Positions 18,258 through 26,061 of a stretch of DNA of 27,932 nt are shown one piece after another. The stretch lies in the IMG/VR virus record IMGVR_UViG_3300006922_004547, positions 1-27,932 of that record; one strand, written 5' to 3'. Origin of the DNA: a virus. Its lineage: Duplodnaviria > Caudoviricetes. How positions within the stretch are numbered: position 1 is the stretch's first letter; every line of letters starts with the position of its first letter. Below the pieces are notes generated by a model that did not search any database, had not been told where the DNA came from, and saw only the letters and a list, made by a program, of their open reading frames with translations. A program made the position numbers and the translations under genes.

Positions 18258-18626
18258 ATGAGTAGTATAATAACAGGTAAAAAAGCGAGTAGTGTAAGAG
18301 GTTTAGAAGATTTAAGTTCGGAAGTATATGAGAATATCTTTAGAGTTAACCAAATAAAAAATAAAGATAAATATTTCTACTTCTATAACACTCTTAACAA
18401 AGTTATATTTCCAGATAATTTAAGCGGTGGTATTTATGATGATCTTATAGTTCAGGTTGATACACCATGGACCACATTATCGTTTAATATTTACGGAACA
18501 ATAGATTTATGGTGGGTTGTTTATCTAATAAATAAGCCTAAATATATTTTTCTAGCAAAGAGCGGTAGTACGATAAGGTATATCACACCTGGTGCTATAA
18601 GGTCGGTTCTAAATAGTATAAAATGA
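18258..18626 (+). CDS. gp53: Baseplate wedge protein, gp53-like (LysM-like)
   Basis: DTPWTTLSFNIYGTIDLWWVVYLIN motif; ATG at 18258 preferred over TTG at 18243. Confidence 0.75.
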   Translation: MSSIITGKKASSVRGLEDLSSEVYENIFRVNQIKNKDKYFYFYNTLNKVIFPDNLSGGIYDDLIVQVDTPWTTLSFNIYGTIDLWWVVYLINKPKYIFLAKSGSTIRYITPGAIRSVLNSIK

Positions 18627-20893
18627 GTGAAAAAATTACAACTTTACAAGATAATAATTTTATAGCAGATGTAAATTTTATATCTGTGAACAAAGCAACT
18701 GGTCAAAGCTCATACTTGCCTATAGATCTAGCCTCAGTAACTTATTTTGAGATAAACGATAATTTAATAGATTTTGGATTAACAGGTAATATTACTTTTC
18801 CTAACTGGGGCCAGCTGTTAAGTAAATTAAAAGGCTTTGGATTCCAAGGTTCTGGGAACGCTGGAGTTGGTGTAGAGAAGCTTCCTGCATCCCAAGCTTC
18901 GTCAAATTTAGAACGTTACCTGACCATTAGTATTAAAGATACTAATATACCGATAGAAGAACAAGGTTATGAGTTTTTGGCGAACGCTAAATCAAGCTCT
19001 TCTTTATCATTAAATGCAGTCGACGTTAAACAAACGTTAGAGTTTGAAGAAAATTTAACTGCGGTTCTTAAACAAACTAGTTGGGATGTTTTCTCTGCAA
19101 ATACAGACATAGAAAAATCTTTTACCGGAAGCGCCTTAAATCTAGTTGGACCTCAATTCACTGTTGGTGGTGCACTATTACAAGTGTTAGCACTTGCTAC
19201 TGATGGCGCAGCGTTATTGTCGCCGGAAGCAAAGAGGCTTAATCAAAGAGAGGCGGAGTTTTCTAGTTTCTCGGAATCGGAAGAGAACGCAAACAACGGC
19301 CAGTTGCGCGGTAGGGTGAGAGGTGAATATACATTACCGCTGTTTTTTTATACGAACATGATCGACCTCGCTTTTGATGACAATGATACTACCGGTCAGT
19401 CTAGTAAAAGTTTGTATGGTATTGCACAAGACTTATATAATCATACCGTTTATGGAGGACCAGAGCCTACTCCAATGTCTATTGACAGTTCGGACGCTGC
19501 TCTAGAGCAGAGCTTTGAGGAAGCCTTTAGAGGTGGTGCTTCCTTACCGCTACTAAAAACTAAAAGCAAGCCTGCAGAACTTCAAGCTGATAAAACAGAA
19601 ACAGCAGAGGAAGAGGAAGAAGAGATTAGCAATCTTGACAAATTTAAAGGGCTTGGGAAGGCGATAGCAACACTTGGAAAAGACGAGAATGGCAAAGAAG
19701 AGGAAGAGGAAGAAGAAGTAGACGTAAGTGATGGTGAAGAAGAAGAAGAGATGTTAGGAGCTCATACTCCGCCCCGTGTACTAGAGATTGGTGAGCTTAT
19801 ATCTCTGAGACATCTTGAATTTGTAGCGGAGTATAAAAAAGTCAAACCTAGTTCTGATGGGTCGCAAAAAGAGGAGGGTTCTGATGTAGCGGCAGTTTTA
19901 AAGAAGAAAGAAAACGATTTTAGTGATGTGTACATGGAGGACTTTTCTATAGCTCCTAACGATGTTCCAAATGTAAATGCATCTATTCATAATAATGTAG
20001 AAGAGTACGATTTAATACAACCAGATATTAACAATTTAAGACAAACAGTATGGGGAAACTATGAACTATCTAGGACTAGTATAGACAAGCAGGTAATAGC
20101 TATTATTAATTTTAATGATTTAGCTGACGAGTTTGAGAGAGACTTCCTAGGAGGTAATAAATCTAACTTACCTGCTATTTACCCACATGAAGCAAAGCAG
20201 TTTAAATTGCATGGGTATCCGGAGACCGATGAAGGCATCTTCAACGGGAGCGTTCGCTTTGGGTTAATGGAAGCTCGTATAAGAAATTTAGTATTTAAAA
20301 GCTTTATATATTTAAATGAAACAATAGTGCTTAATGTTAAAGGTAAAATGTATAGAAAGCCTGGTAAATTTATTACTATTAAAGGTGAGCTAGCCGACTC
20401 CCCCGCTCAAGAATTATGGTTTGTAATCGAAGTAAAACATAAATTTGAAAATGGTGATTATCGTAATGAGATAAAAGCTGTCCGCTTCCTAAGCGATGGG
20501 GACTATATAAGTGGCTCGCGGACTTATGTACATCCAAAATTAAAAGCTTGGAGGGAAGAGCAAGCTCTTAAGAAAGAGGCGGAAAAGGAAGAGGCGGAAA
20601 CCGATGCCCGGGCCCGCGGAATGGCTGCAAGTTTGAACAATGGTGATGCTACAGCTTACCAAATCGCTAGCGACGCTGATGGTGAAATTATATCACAAGG
20701 GTGGGTTTCTGATCCTTTAGGCATCAAACCCGGTGGTACTCCTTTGAGTCAGGCACAAATACAAAGCCGCTCTAGAGCGGATGCAGAGAAGAAATTGGCT
20801 GCAGAAGAAGAAAAGAAAAAGAATGGCTTTGGTGCTCCTCCTCCGAGGAGCAATACTGTTAGAGTAGTGGTGCCGGCGCGAGAAGAAGAATAA
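18623..20893 (+). CDS. Baseplate hub protein, gp27/late-control-D-like, with large acidic insertions
   Basis: N-terminal FEINDNLIDFGLTGNITF; C-terminal VKGKMYRKPGKFITI and WFVIEVKHKF...YRNEIKAVR; ATGA overlap with gp53. Confidence 0.6.
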   Translation: MSEKITTLQDNNFIADVNFISVNKATGQSSYLPIDLASVTYFEINDNLIDFGLTGNITFPNWGQLLSKLKGFGFQGSGNAGVGVEKLPASQASSNLERYLTISIKDTNIPIEEQGYEFLANAKSSSSLSLNAVDVKQTLEFEENLTAVLKQTSWDVFSANTDIEKSFTGSALNLVGPQFTVGGALLQVLALATDGAALLSPEAKRLNQREAEFSSFSESEENANNGQLRGRVRGEYTLPLFFYTNMIDLAFDDNDTTGQSSKSLYGIAQDLYNHTVYGGPEPTPMSIDSSDAALEQSFEEAFRGGASLPLLKTKSKPAELQADKTETAEEEEEEISNLDKFKGLGKAIATLGKDENGKEEEEEEEVDVSDGEEEEEMLGAHTPPRVLEIGELISLRHLEFVAEYKKVKPSSDGSQKEEGSDVAAVLKKKENDFSDVYMEDFSIAPNDVPNVNASIHNNVEEYDLIQPDINNLRQTVWGNYELSRTSIDKQVIAIINFNDLADEFERDFLGGNKSNLPAIYPHEAKQFKLHGYPETDEGIFNGSVRFGLMEARIRNLVFKSFIYLNETIVLNVKGKMYRKPGKFITIKGELADSPAQELWFVIEVKHKFENGDYRNEIKAVRFLSDGDYISGSRTYVHPKLKAWREEQALKKEAEKEEAETDARARGMAASLNNGDATAYQIASDADGEIISQGWVSDPLGIKPGGTPLSQAQIQSRSRADAEKKLAAEEEKKKNGFGAPPPRSNTVRVVVPAREEE

Positions 20894-20920
20894 AATCCTT
20901 AAACAGAACAAAAACTTATT

Positions 20921-22123
20921 ATGGTAATATACGGAAATAACTTACATGAAAAATTGCAAGGTATAGCTCTTAGCAGAGACTATATCAAGTATGCTACCCC
21001 TTTTTGTGATTTTGTAGATGATCCTGTGTTAGGTCCGGATATAGATCTAGCTATAAACTTTAATCAAGCTATTAATGGCAATCCAATTGCTGCTCAGCAG
21101 TTTATGGACACACTTATATTAAGTGGAAGTGAATTTGATTGGGCTACAAAAGAGTATTATAGAGATAAGATGGTCTCTAATCGTAAAGTTTGGGGTGATC
21201 TAATTTTTAATACTCAAATGGGATTTGAAACAAATGCTTTTAAAGACGCCTTAAAAGATTGTCTTAATTCACCATGTAATTTGTTTGCTGAGACCTCCGA
21301 TACTGTAGCTAGATTAGCTCAAGTGGCCTCTACGAAGAATGGTAGTAATTCATTCGGTATAGGAGACCTATCAGCGACATTTATAAATATAACTAACGGA
21401 TTAGATGACGCTGTAACTAAAAAATTACCATCGATATTTGGTAACGCTGCTTTAGAACTTACTCAAAACATTAAGTCTGCTAGAAAAAACATAGATGAAG
21501 TAGTTGCTGGTAAAAAGAATATAAAAGAGCTAACAAGCCTTGCAAATGCTAGCGGAACTATGAGAGGTACTAATAAAATATATAGATATACGCCAGATTT
21601 AAAGTCTTACACGGATTATACTAATGTAGGTAATAACATATTGCTTAAAGTTAAACAAAAACTCGGTGGTTGTTTTGATAGATTTGAAGGGGCATATAGA
21701 TATAATCCGTTTGAAGATGATACTAGTGTACCAGCTACTGAGCAATCGCAACAGTATAACGGAAAAGGATTTAAAACAGAGCCTAATAGTGTTGTAAAGA
21801 AACCCGGATTTTTATCGAAATTTTTGAACTTTTTTGGATTTGGTAATGACACTAGTGATCTAGAAGATGAGCTAGCTGCGATAGACAACCAAATGGCAAC
21901 CGCGGGAATGAGCCAGGAACAAAGAGACAACTGGTTCAATAACGCCTCCCCAGAAGAAACAGTAAGAGAGTATGATTTGCTGAATAAAAAGCTTAACATT
22001 AATTACAAGATATATAAAGCGCGGGGGCTTGTAGAAGATGACGACGATGAAGTGCTGGGCGGTGATGGCACAATCGAAGATCCTGGTATGCTCCCACCTG
22101 TTGGCAAGCCAAGGCGATACTAG
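20921..22123 (+). CDS. Hypothetical protein, probably virion/baseplate associated
   Basis: 400-aa ORF co-oriented with the tail cluster; no motif recognised. Confidence 0.7.
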   Translation: MVIYGNNLHEKLQGIALSRDYIKYATPFCDFVDDPVLGPDIDLAINFNQAINGNPIAAQQFMDTLILSGSEFDWATKEYYRDKMVSNRKVWGDLIFNTQMGFETNAFKDALKDCLNSPCNLFAETSDTVARLAQVASTKNGSNSFGIGDLSATFINITNGLDDAVTKKLPSIFGNAALELTQNIKSARKNIDEVVAGKKNIKELTSLANASGTMRGTNKIYRYTPDLKSYTDYTNVGNNILLKVKQKLGGCFDRFEGAYRYNPFEDDTSVPATEQSQQYNGKGFKTEPNSVVKKPGFLSKFLNFFGFGNDTSDLEDELAAIDNQMATAGMSQEQRDNWFNNASPEETVREYDLLNKKLNINYKIYKARGLVEDDDDEVLGGDGTIEDPGMLPPVGKPRRY

Positions 22124-22126
22124 TAA

Positions 22127-22573
22127 TTAATCAATATCAATTATAGTATCATCATCACTTGTTAAAGCTTTCATGACATCATCTCTGGTCATAAGGACTT
22201 TGGTTTGATTGTCCATTATGTTAAGCTTTTCTTTAGATTCAATATCCATTTGCTTTATCTCAACTCTATTCTTATTCTGCTCTTTAGCAGTATGAAGCTT
22301 ACTAAGAGTGTCAATAGCAGATGATGAAGCTTTAATAAGCTCTGCTAAAGAAGCGACATCTCTATTCTCTGGAGCTGAAGCTATATATTCTTTTACATCA
22401 TCAACCATATCAACTGAACTGTTGATAAGAGAACTGGTTTTCTTAACAAGAAATTCCTCAATATTATCAAGGTCAATCTCTTCAGCAACCTTTTTGATTT
22501 CAGTTGTATCTTTATTATGACTCTTTATTTGAGATAAAATGTCATTAACTGCAGTATCGATTTCGTTACTCAC
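22127..22573 (-). CDS. Putative terminase small subunit, T4 gp16-like
   Basis: Helical; SAPENRDVASLAELIKASSSAIDTLSKLH parallels gp16 (..SPRHMEVFATLM..ILKLH); C-terminal KVLMTRDDVMKAL; size 148 aa; TAAATA-N5-GTG. Confidence 0.55.
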   Translation of the reverse strand: MSNEIDTAVNDILSQIKSHNKDTTEIKKVAEEIDLDNIEEFLVKKTSSLINSSVDMVDDVKEYIASAPENRDVASLAELIKASSSAIDTLSKLHTAKEQNKNRVEIKQMDIESKEKLNIMDNQTKVLMTRDDVMKALTSDDDTIIDID

Positions 22574-22594
22574 ACACTTATTTAATCTTAATTA

Positions 22595-22622
22595 TTGATT
22601 TCGATAGTACTTTAGCTATAAT
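22595..22622 (+). promoter_or_regulatory. sigma70-like promoter for dut and the clamp loader
   Basis: TTGATT (22595-22600), 16 nt, TATAAT (22617-22622), 8 nt before the ATG. Confidence 0.65.
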
Positions 22623-22630
22623 ATGTATAT

Positions 22631-23053
22631 ATGTTACTACAATTTGAAAAGACCCATGTAGATGCTGTACTACCTGGTAAGAATCATGATAGTGATACAG
22701 GTATGGATGTTACTTGTATCGAGGACTTTACAGTACCTGCCGGTGGATCAGCAGTAGTCGGAGTTGGTCTTAAGTTTGCCTTTATCCAGCCAGGCTATTG
22801 GGTAAAGATTGAAGGTCGTTCTGGTCTAGGCTTTAAGCATGGTATTATGCCTCATCCAGGTATCATTGATAGTGGTTATCGTGGTGATGCTGGGATTAAG
22901 CTTTATAACCTTACTAGTACAGATTACGAAGGTACAGCTGGTGATCGTATCGCTCAGTTTGTAGTTTATACTAATCATGATGTAATCGTGACTGAAGGTG
23001 ATGTTGTAGAGTCAGAGCGAGGCGAGAAAGGCTTCGGTAGTTCAGGTAAGTAA
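22631..23053 (+). CDS. dut: Trimeric dUTPase
   Basis: TGMDV, GRSGLG, GIIDSGYRG, GDRIAQ, RGEKGFGSSG (motifs I-V). Confidence 0.96.
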   Translation: MLLQFEKTHVDAVLPGKNHDSDTGMDVTCIEDFTVPAGGSAVVGVGLKFAFIQPGYWVKIEGRSGLGFKHGIMPHPGIIDSGYRGDAGIKLYNLTSTDYEGTAGDRIAQFVVYTNHDVIVTEGDVVESERGEKGFGSSGK

Positions 23054-23056
23054 GCT

Positions 23057-23977
23057 ATGGTTGAGTTTGATAAGATTTGGGTTGAGAAGTATAGACCGCA
23101 TAAACTGGAAGATCTTATTCTTGATGATAAGTCATTAAGAGTGGTCAAGCAGTTTAAAGGTGAGATACCTAACTTGCTGTTTGTTGGTAGTCCAGGTACT
23201 GGAAAGACAACGCTAGCTCGTATTCTAGTTAATGATGTGCTGAATTGTAACTATCTTTACATTAATGCCTCTGATGAATCAGGTATCGATGTTATACGTC
23301 ATAACATTACTAACTTCGCTCAGACTAAGTCCTTCGATGGGGGTATAAAAGTAGTAATTCTAGACGAGGCTGACGGGCTAACCTCTCAGGCACAGGCTGC
23401 GCTTCGTAATACTATGGAGACGTACGCTAAGTACTGCCGGTTTATTCTTACTGCTAACTACAAACATAAGATTATACCTGCGCTACAGTCTAGATGTCAA
23501 TCATTAGATCTTAAACCCGTAATCGATCAAGCTGTTAAAAGATGTTACAATATACTACAACAAGAAAACATAAATATAAGTGATGAGCAAAAGAAAAAAT
23601 TTGTCATGCTGGTTAAAAGGTACTTCCCTGACCTCAGAAAAACTATCAATGAGCTGCAAAAGTCGGTTATTGATAATGAGCTTTGCATTGATAGTAACGG
23701 GAGTGACAGCGAGTTACTTCAAAAAATCTTCGAAGGGGTACAAAAAGACTCGTTAGGTGTACGTAAGTATCTCATCGAGAATGAGGATAGATTCCAAGGT
23801 GATTATGATACGTTACTAGCTAACTTTCTTGACTACCTTTACGATCAAGATATAGCAGATATGAAAAAGAAAGAGATGATAGCCATTATAGCCGAGCATC
23901 TCTATAAAAGCGCATTCGTAATTGATAAAGAAATTAATGCATTTGCGTGCTTAGTCAATCTTGAACGTGCGCAATAA
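23057..23977 (+). CDS. gp44: Sliding-clamp loader AAA+ subunit (T4 gp44 / RFC small subunit-like)
   Basis: WVEKYRP, GSPGTGKTT, INASDE, ILDEAD, ALQSRC, FPDLRKTINELQ. Confidence 0.93.
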   Translation: MVEFDKIWVEKYRPHKLEDLILDDKSLRVVKQFKGEIPNLLFVGSPGTGKTTLARILVNDVLNCNYLYINASDESGIDVIRHNITNFAQTKSFDGGIKVVILDEADGLTSQAQAALRNTMETYAKYCRFILTANYKHKIIPALQSRCQSLDLKPVIDQAVKRCYNILQQENINISDEQKKKFVMLVKRYFPDLRKTINELQKSVIDNELCIDSNGSDSELLQKIFEGVQKDSLGVRKYLIENEDRFQGDYDTLLANFLDYLYDQDIADMKKKEMIAIIAEHLYKSAFVIDKEINAFACLVNLERAQ

Positions 23978-24006
23978 AAAAGAGGAGCTATAGCTCCTCT
24001 TTCTTT
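23976..24006. terminator. Bidirectional intrinsic terminator
   Basis: Perfect palindrome AAAGAGGAGCTA/TAGCTCCTCTTT (23979-24002) flanked by A and T tracts, between convergent genes. Confidence 0.88.
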
Positions 24007-24023
24007 ATAAAAGGTTATTGGTC

Positions 24024-24587
24024 TTACTTCAACCCTTGTAAGTAATTTACAGTGTGGGCTTGAGTTGAGTTAGGTAATGTTGTGTTATCAGTAGGTAGTT
24101 TTAACTCCGTCTGACTTAATTCCCCGTTACCTTTATCTGTCTTATTAGATAAATTCTCTTCATCTTCTTCTACTTCTTTAGGCTTAATGTTTACATTATC
24201 CTTACGGCGCATAGCGTCAGGTATTGGAAGTAAGTTAGGCGCGTATTTGACAGGCTCACCGCAGCAACATGGAATAGATACTTTATGTGTATATCTACCA
24301 CCACCTGTATCTAAACCTATCTCTAAGAATGGCTCGAGTTGAGAGTTTTGATTACTACCAGGAAATCTAGTAGGATCTTCGTTCTTAATGTTAGTGACTC
24401 TAATATGTAAACCAGAATCAATCATCTGATCAATAACTCCTTTAACGTTATCACCTAACGCTTTATAAGCTTCTTCGCTTTTAAAGTTATCATTAAACTT
24501 AAAGACATCACCAACCAAGAATCCACCTCGTTCATAGCGACTCATGTACTCCTCAAACAGAGGTACAAATTTCTTTTCTCTAGCCAT
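24024..24587 (-). CDS. Hypothetical late protein
   Basis: CATAAATA-N5-ATG; RYERGGFLVGD; contains a CCC tripeptide. Confidence 0.8.
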   Translation of the reverse strand: MAREKKFVPLFEEYMSRYERGGFLVGDVFKFNDNFKSEEAYKALGDNVKGVIDQMIDSGLHIRVTNIKNEDPTRFPGSNQNSQLEPFLEIGLDTGGGRYTHKVSIPCCCGEPVKYAPNLLPIPDAMRRKDNVNIKPKEVEEDEENLSNKTDKGNGELSQTELKLPTDNTTLPNSTQAHTVNYLQGLK

Positions 24588-24623
24588 ACTTATATTTATG
24601 CTACAAATGAGCTTTATCCTTAA

Positions 24624-25079
24624 TTATCTGTAAACCTTTACACCTTGAAGCTTAGGACGAGCACCATGCTTAGGACTTTTACCTTCGCTTAGAGTCTCTT
24701 CATCTTCTTCTTTTTCTTCATCTTCCTTTTCAGGCTCTTCTTCATCATGCTCTTGAAGCATAACAACTTCTACACTCTCTGCAACAACACCGACAAGTTT
24801 GCCATTGTGCTCTACATAGTACTCTTCTACTATACCTTCTTCAGTGAGATTGTGGTGAAGGATCTTCTTAATTGACTCCCCAAACGGAGGAGCTTTAATG
24901 TGAGATGCTCAATCGTGTTCAACGTTACCACCTTTATAAGCAGGGGTACCGTCTTCGACAGGGTTAGAAGCATCCGCAGATTCTACAAGAATCTCTTCGC
25001 TATTAACTTTATTGATATTACTATAGGCTTCATTTAGCCTTTCCATATCGTTTTTAAAATTATTATGTTGTTTAGCCAT
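24624..25079 (-). CDS. 151-aa protein with a single in-frame TGA at codon 57; candidate selenoprotein (alternative: pseudogene or sequence error)
   Basis: CATAAATA-N5-ATG at 25079. MAKQHNNFKNDMERLNEAY...GGNVEHD-TGA(24911-24909)-ASHIKAPPFGESIKKILHHNLTEEGIVEEYYVEHNGKLVGVVAESVEVVMLQEH...KVYR-TAA(24626-24624). Fills the only large gap in the window. Confidence 0.75.
24871..24899 (-). promoter_or_regulatory. Putative bacterial-type SECIS hairpin
   Basis: GCUCCUC-CGUUU-GGGGAGU stem-loop (24893-24875); loop begins 22 nt after the UGA and has G at loop position 2 followed by U; possible lower AUU/AAU pairing. Confidence 0.55.
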
Positions 25080-25111
25080 ATTAATATTTATGCTGTCCTA
25101 TAAATATTAAT
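25080..25111. promoter_or_regulatory. Back-to-back T4-like late promoters
   Basis: CATAAATA on minus (25092-25085) and TATAAATA on plus (25099-25106), each 5 nt from an ATG. Confidence 0.8.
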
Positions 25112-25534
25112 ATGCAATTTGATGATTTAGTTGAAAAATTACTTAGAGAAGCAAAAGAAGCTCCAAAAGGTAAACATTATACCTCTAGAGGTGCTTTAAA
25201 ATCTGGTGACGCAGATGCTGATGGTGATGGGGGTCCTAAGTATCGTTCAGATCCTACATACAAAAATCCTAATGAGAATAATGAAGAGGAAGATGCTGAA
25301 GGTAAGATCGATAAGGACCGTATGAAGTGTAACTCGCCCAAGCGTGGAGGTAGTAAAAAGTTTGTTGTTAAGGCTTGTAAGAATGGTAAAGAGAAGATTG
25401 TCCGCTTTGGTGATCCAAACATGAGAATTAAGAAGAGCAATCCAAAGCGACGCAAATCATTTAGAGCTCGTCATAAGTGTGATCAAAAGAAAGATAAGTT
25501 TTCTGCTGGTTACTGGAGCTGTAAGAAGTGGTAA
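25112..25534 (+). CDS. Small basic modular phage protein, putative internal head protein
   Basis: KKFVVK..VRFGDPNMRIKKSNPKRRKSFRARHKC..YWSCKKW domain familiar from marine T4-like phages; EEDAE linker. Confidence 0.8.
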   Translation: MQFDDLVEKLLREAKEAPKGKHYTSRGALKSGDADADGDGGPKYRSDPTYKNPNENNEEEDAEGKIDKDRMKCNSPKRGGSKKFVVKACKNGKEKIVRFGDPNMRIKKSNPKRRKSFRARHKCDQKKDKFSAGYWSCKKW

Positions 25535-25575
25535 GATTAATTACGCGTAACAGCATACACGATTAAATAATATAA

Positions 25576-26061
25576 ATGGCTATACGCTTAGATAACTTAA
25601 AACAATCTACTACCGAGGTAAACTCTTTAGAGAATGGTTATCTGTATAAAGATATAGATCTAGATCTTTCTTTTGGTCGATATACTAAGAAAGAGTTATA
25701 TTCAAAAACGGAACCTAATGATTTATCTGAATTACAGGACGGCTCTGCTATTATTAATTCGGTTAAAAATATACTTACAACAACACCTGGTCAGAAATTA
25801 CTTAACCCAACTATCGGACTAGATCTAAGAAGTTATTTGTTTGAAAATGTTAGTAACACAATTTCTTACTTTATTGGCTTAGATATATACAATAGTTTAG
25901 GAGTTCAAGAGCCTAGAGTTAAACTTAACGGTATGGAAATTAAAGGTATACCAGATGAAAATGAGTACCGTATATCGATTGGATTTTCAATACCAGATTT
26001 AGATATTTACAATTTATCATTAAACGCAACATTAAATAAGGAAGGATACGTAGTAGTATGA
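25576..26061 (+). CDS. gp25: Baseplate wedge subunit, T4 gp25-like
   Basis: YKDIDLDL, AIINSVKNILTTTPGQKLLNPTIGLDLRSYLFE, EPRV. Confidence 0.92.
   Translation: MAIRLDNLKQSTTEVNSLENGYLYKDIDLDLSFGRYTKKELYSKTEPNDLSELQDGSAIINSVKNILTTTPGQKLLNPTIGLDLRSYLFENVSNTISYFIGLDIYNSLGVQEPRVKLNGMEIKGIPDENEYRISIGFSIPDLDIYNLSLNATLNKEGYVVV

Noticed and set aside
23571-23756. TAAATA-N6-ATG inside the clamp loader opening an off-frame ORF of about 57 codons
   Set aside because: Overlaps a conserved gene out of frame with no recognisable product; likely chance in AT-rich DNA.
24909-25079. Treating the UGA gene as a 56-aa ORF plus a separate 45-aa ORF from the ATG at 24761
   Set aside because: This leaves about 150 nt of protein-like in-frame sequence unexplained, and the second ATG has no promoter or RBS. 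Not fully excluded.
551-25455. Shadow ORFs in the track (551, 2144, 3849, 4766, 5345, 5571, 6844, 8516, 11274, 14314, 15837, 16302, 20717, 21616, 22308, 25177)
   Set aside because: They are antisense or off-frame to well-supported genes, lack the promoter/start signature, and their composition mirrors the real frame.
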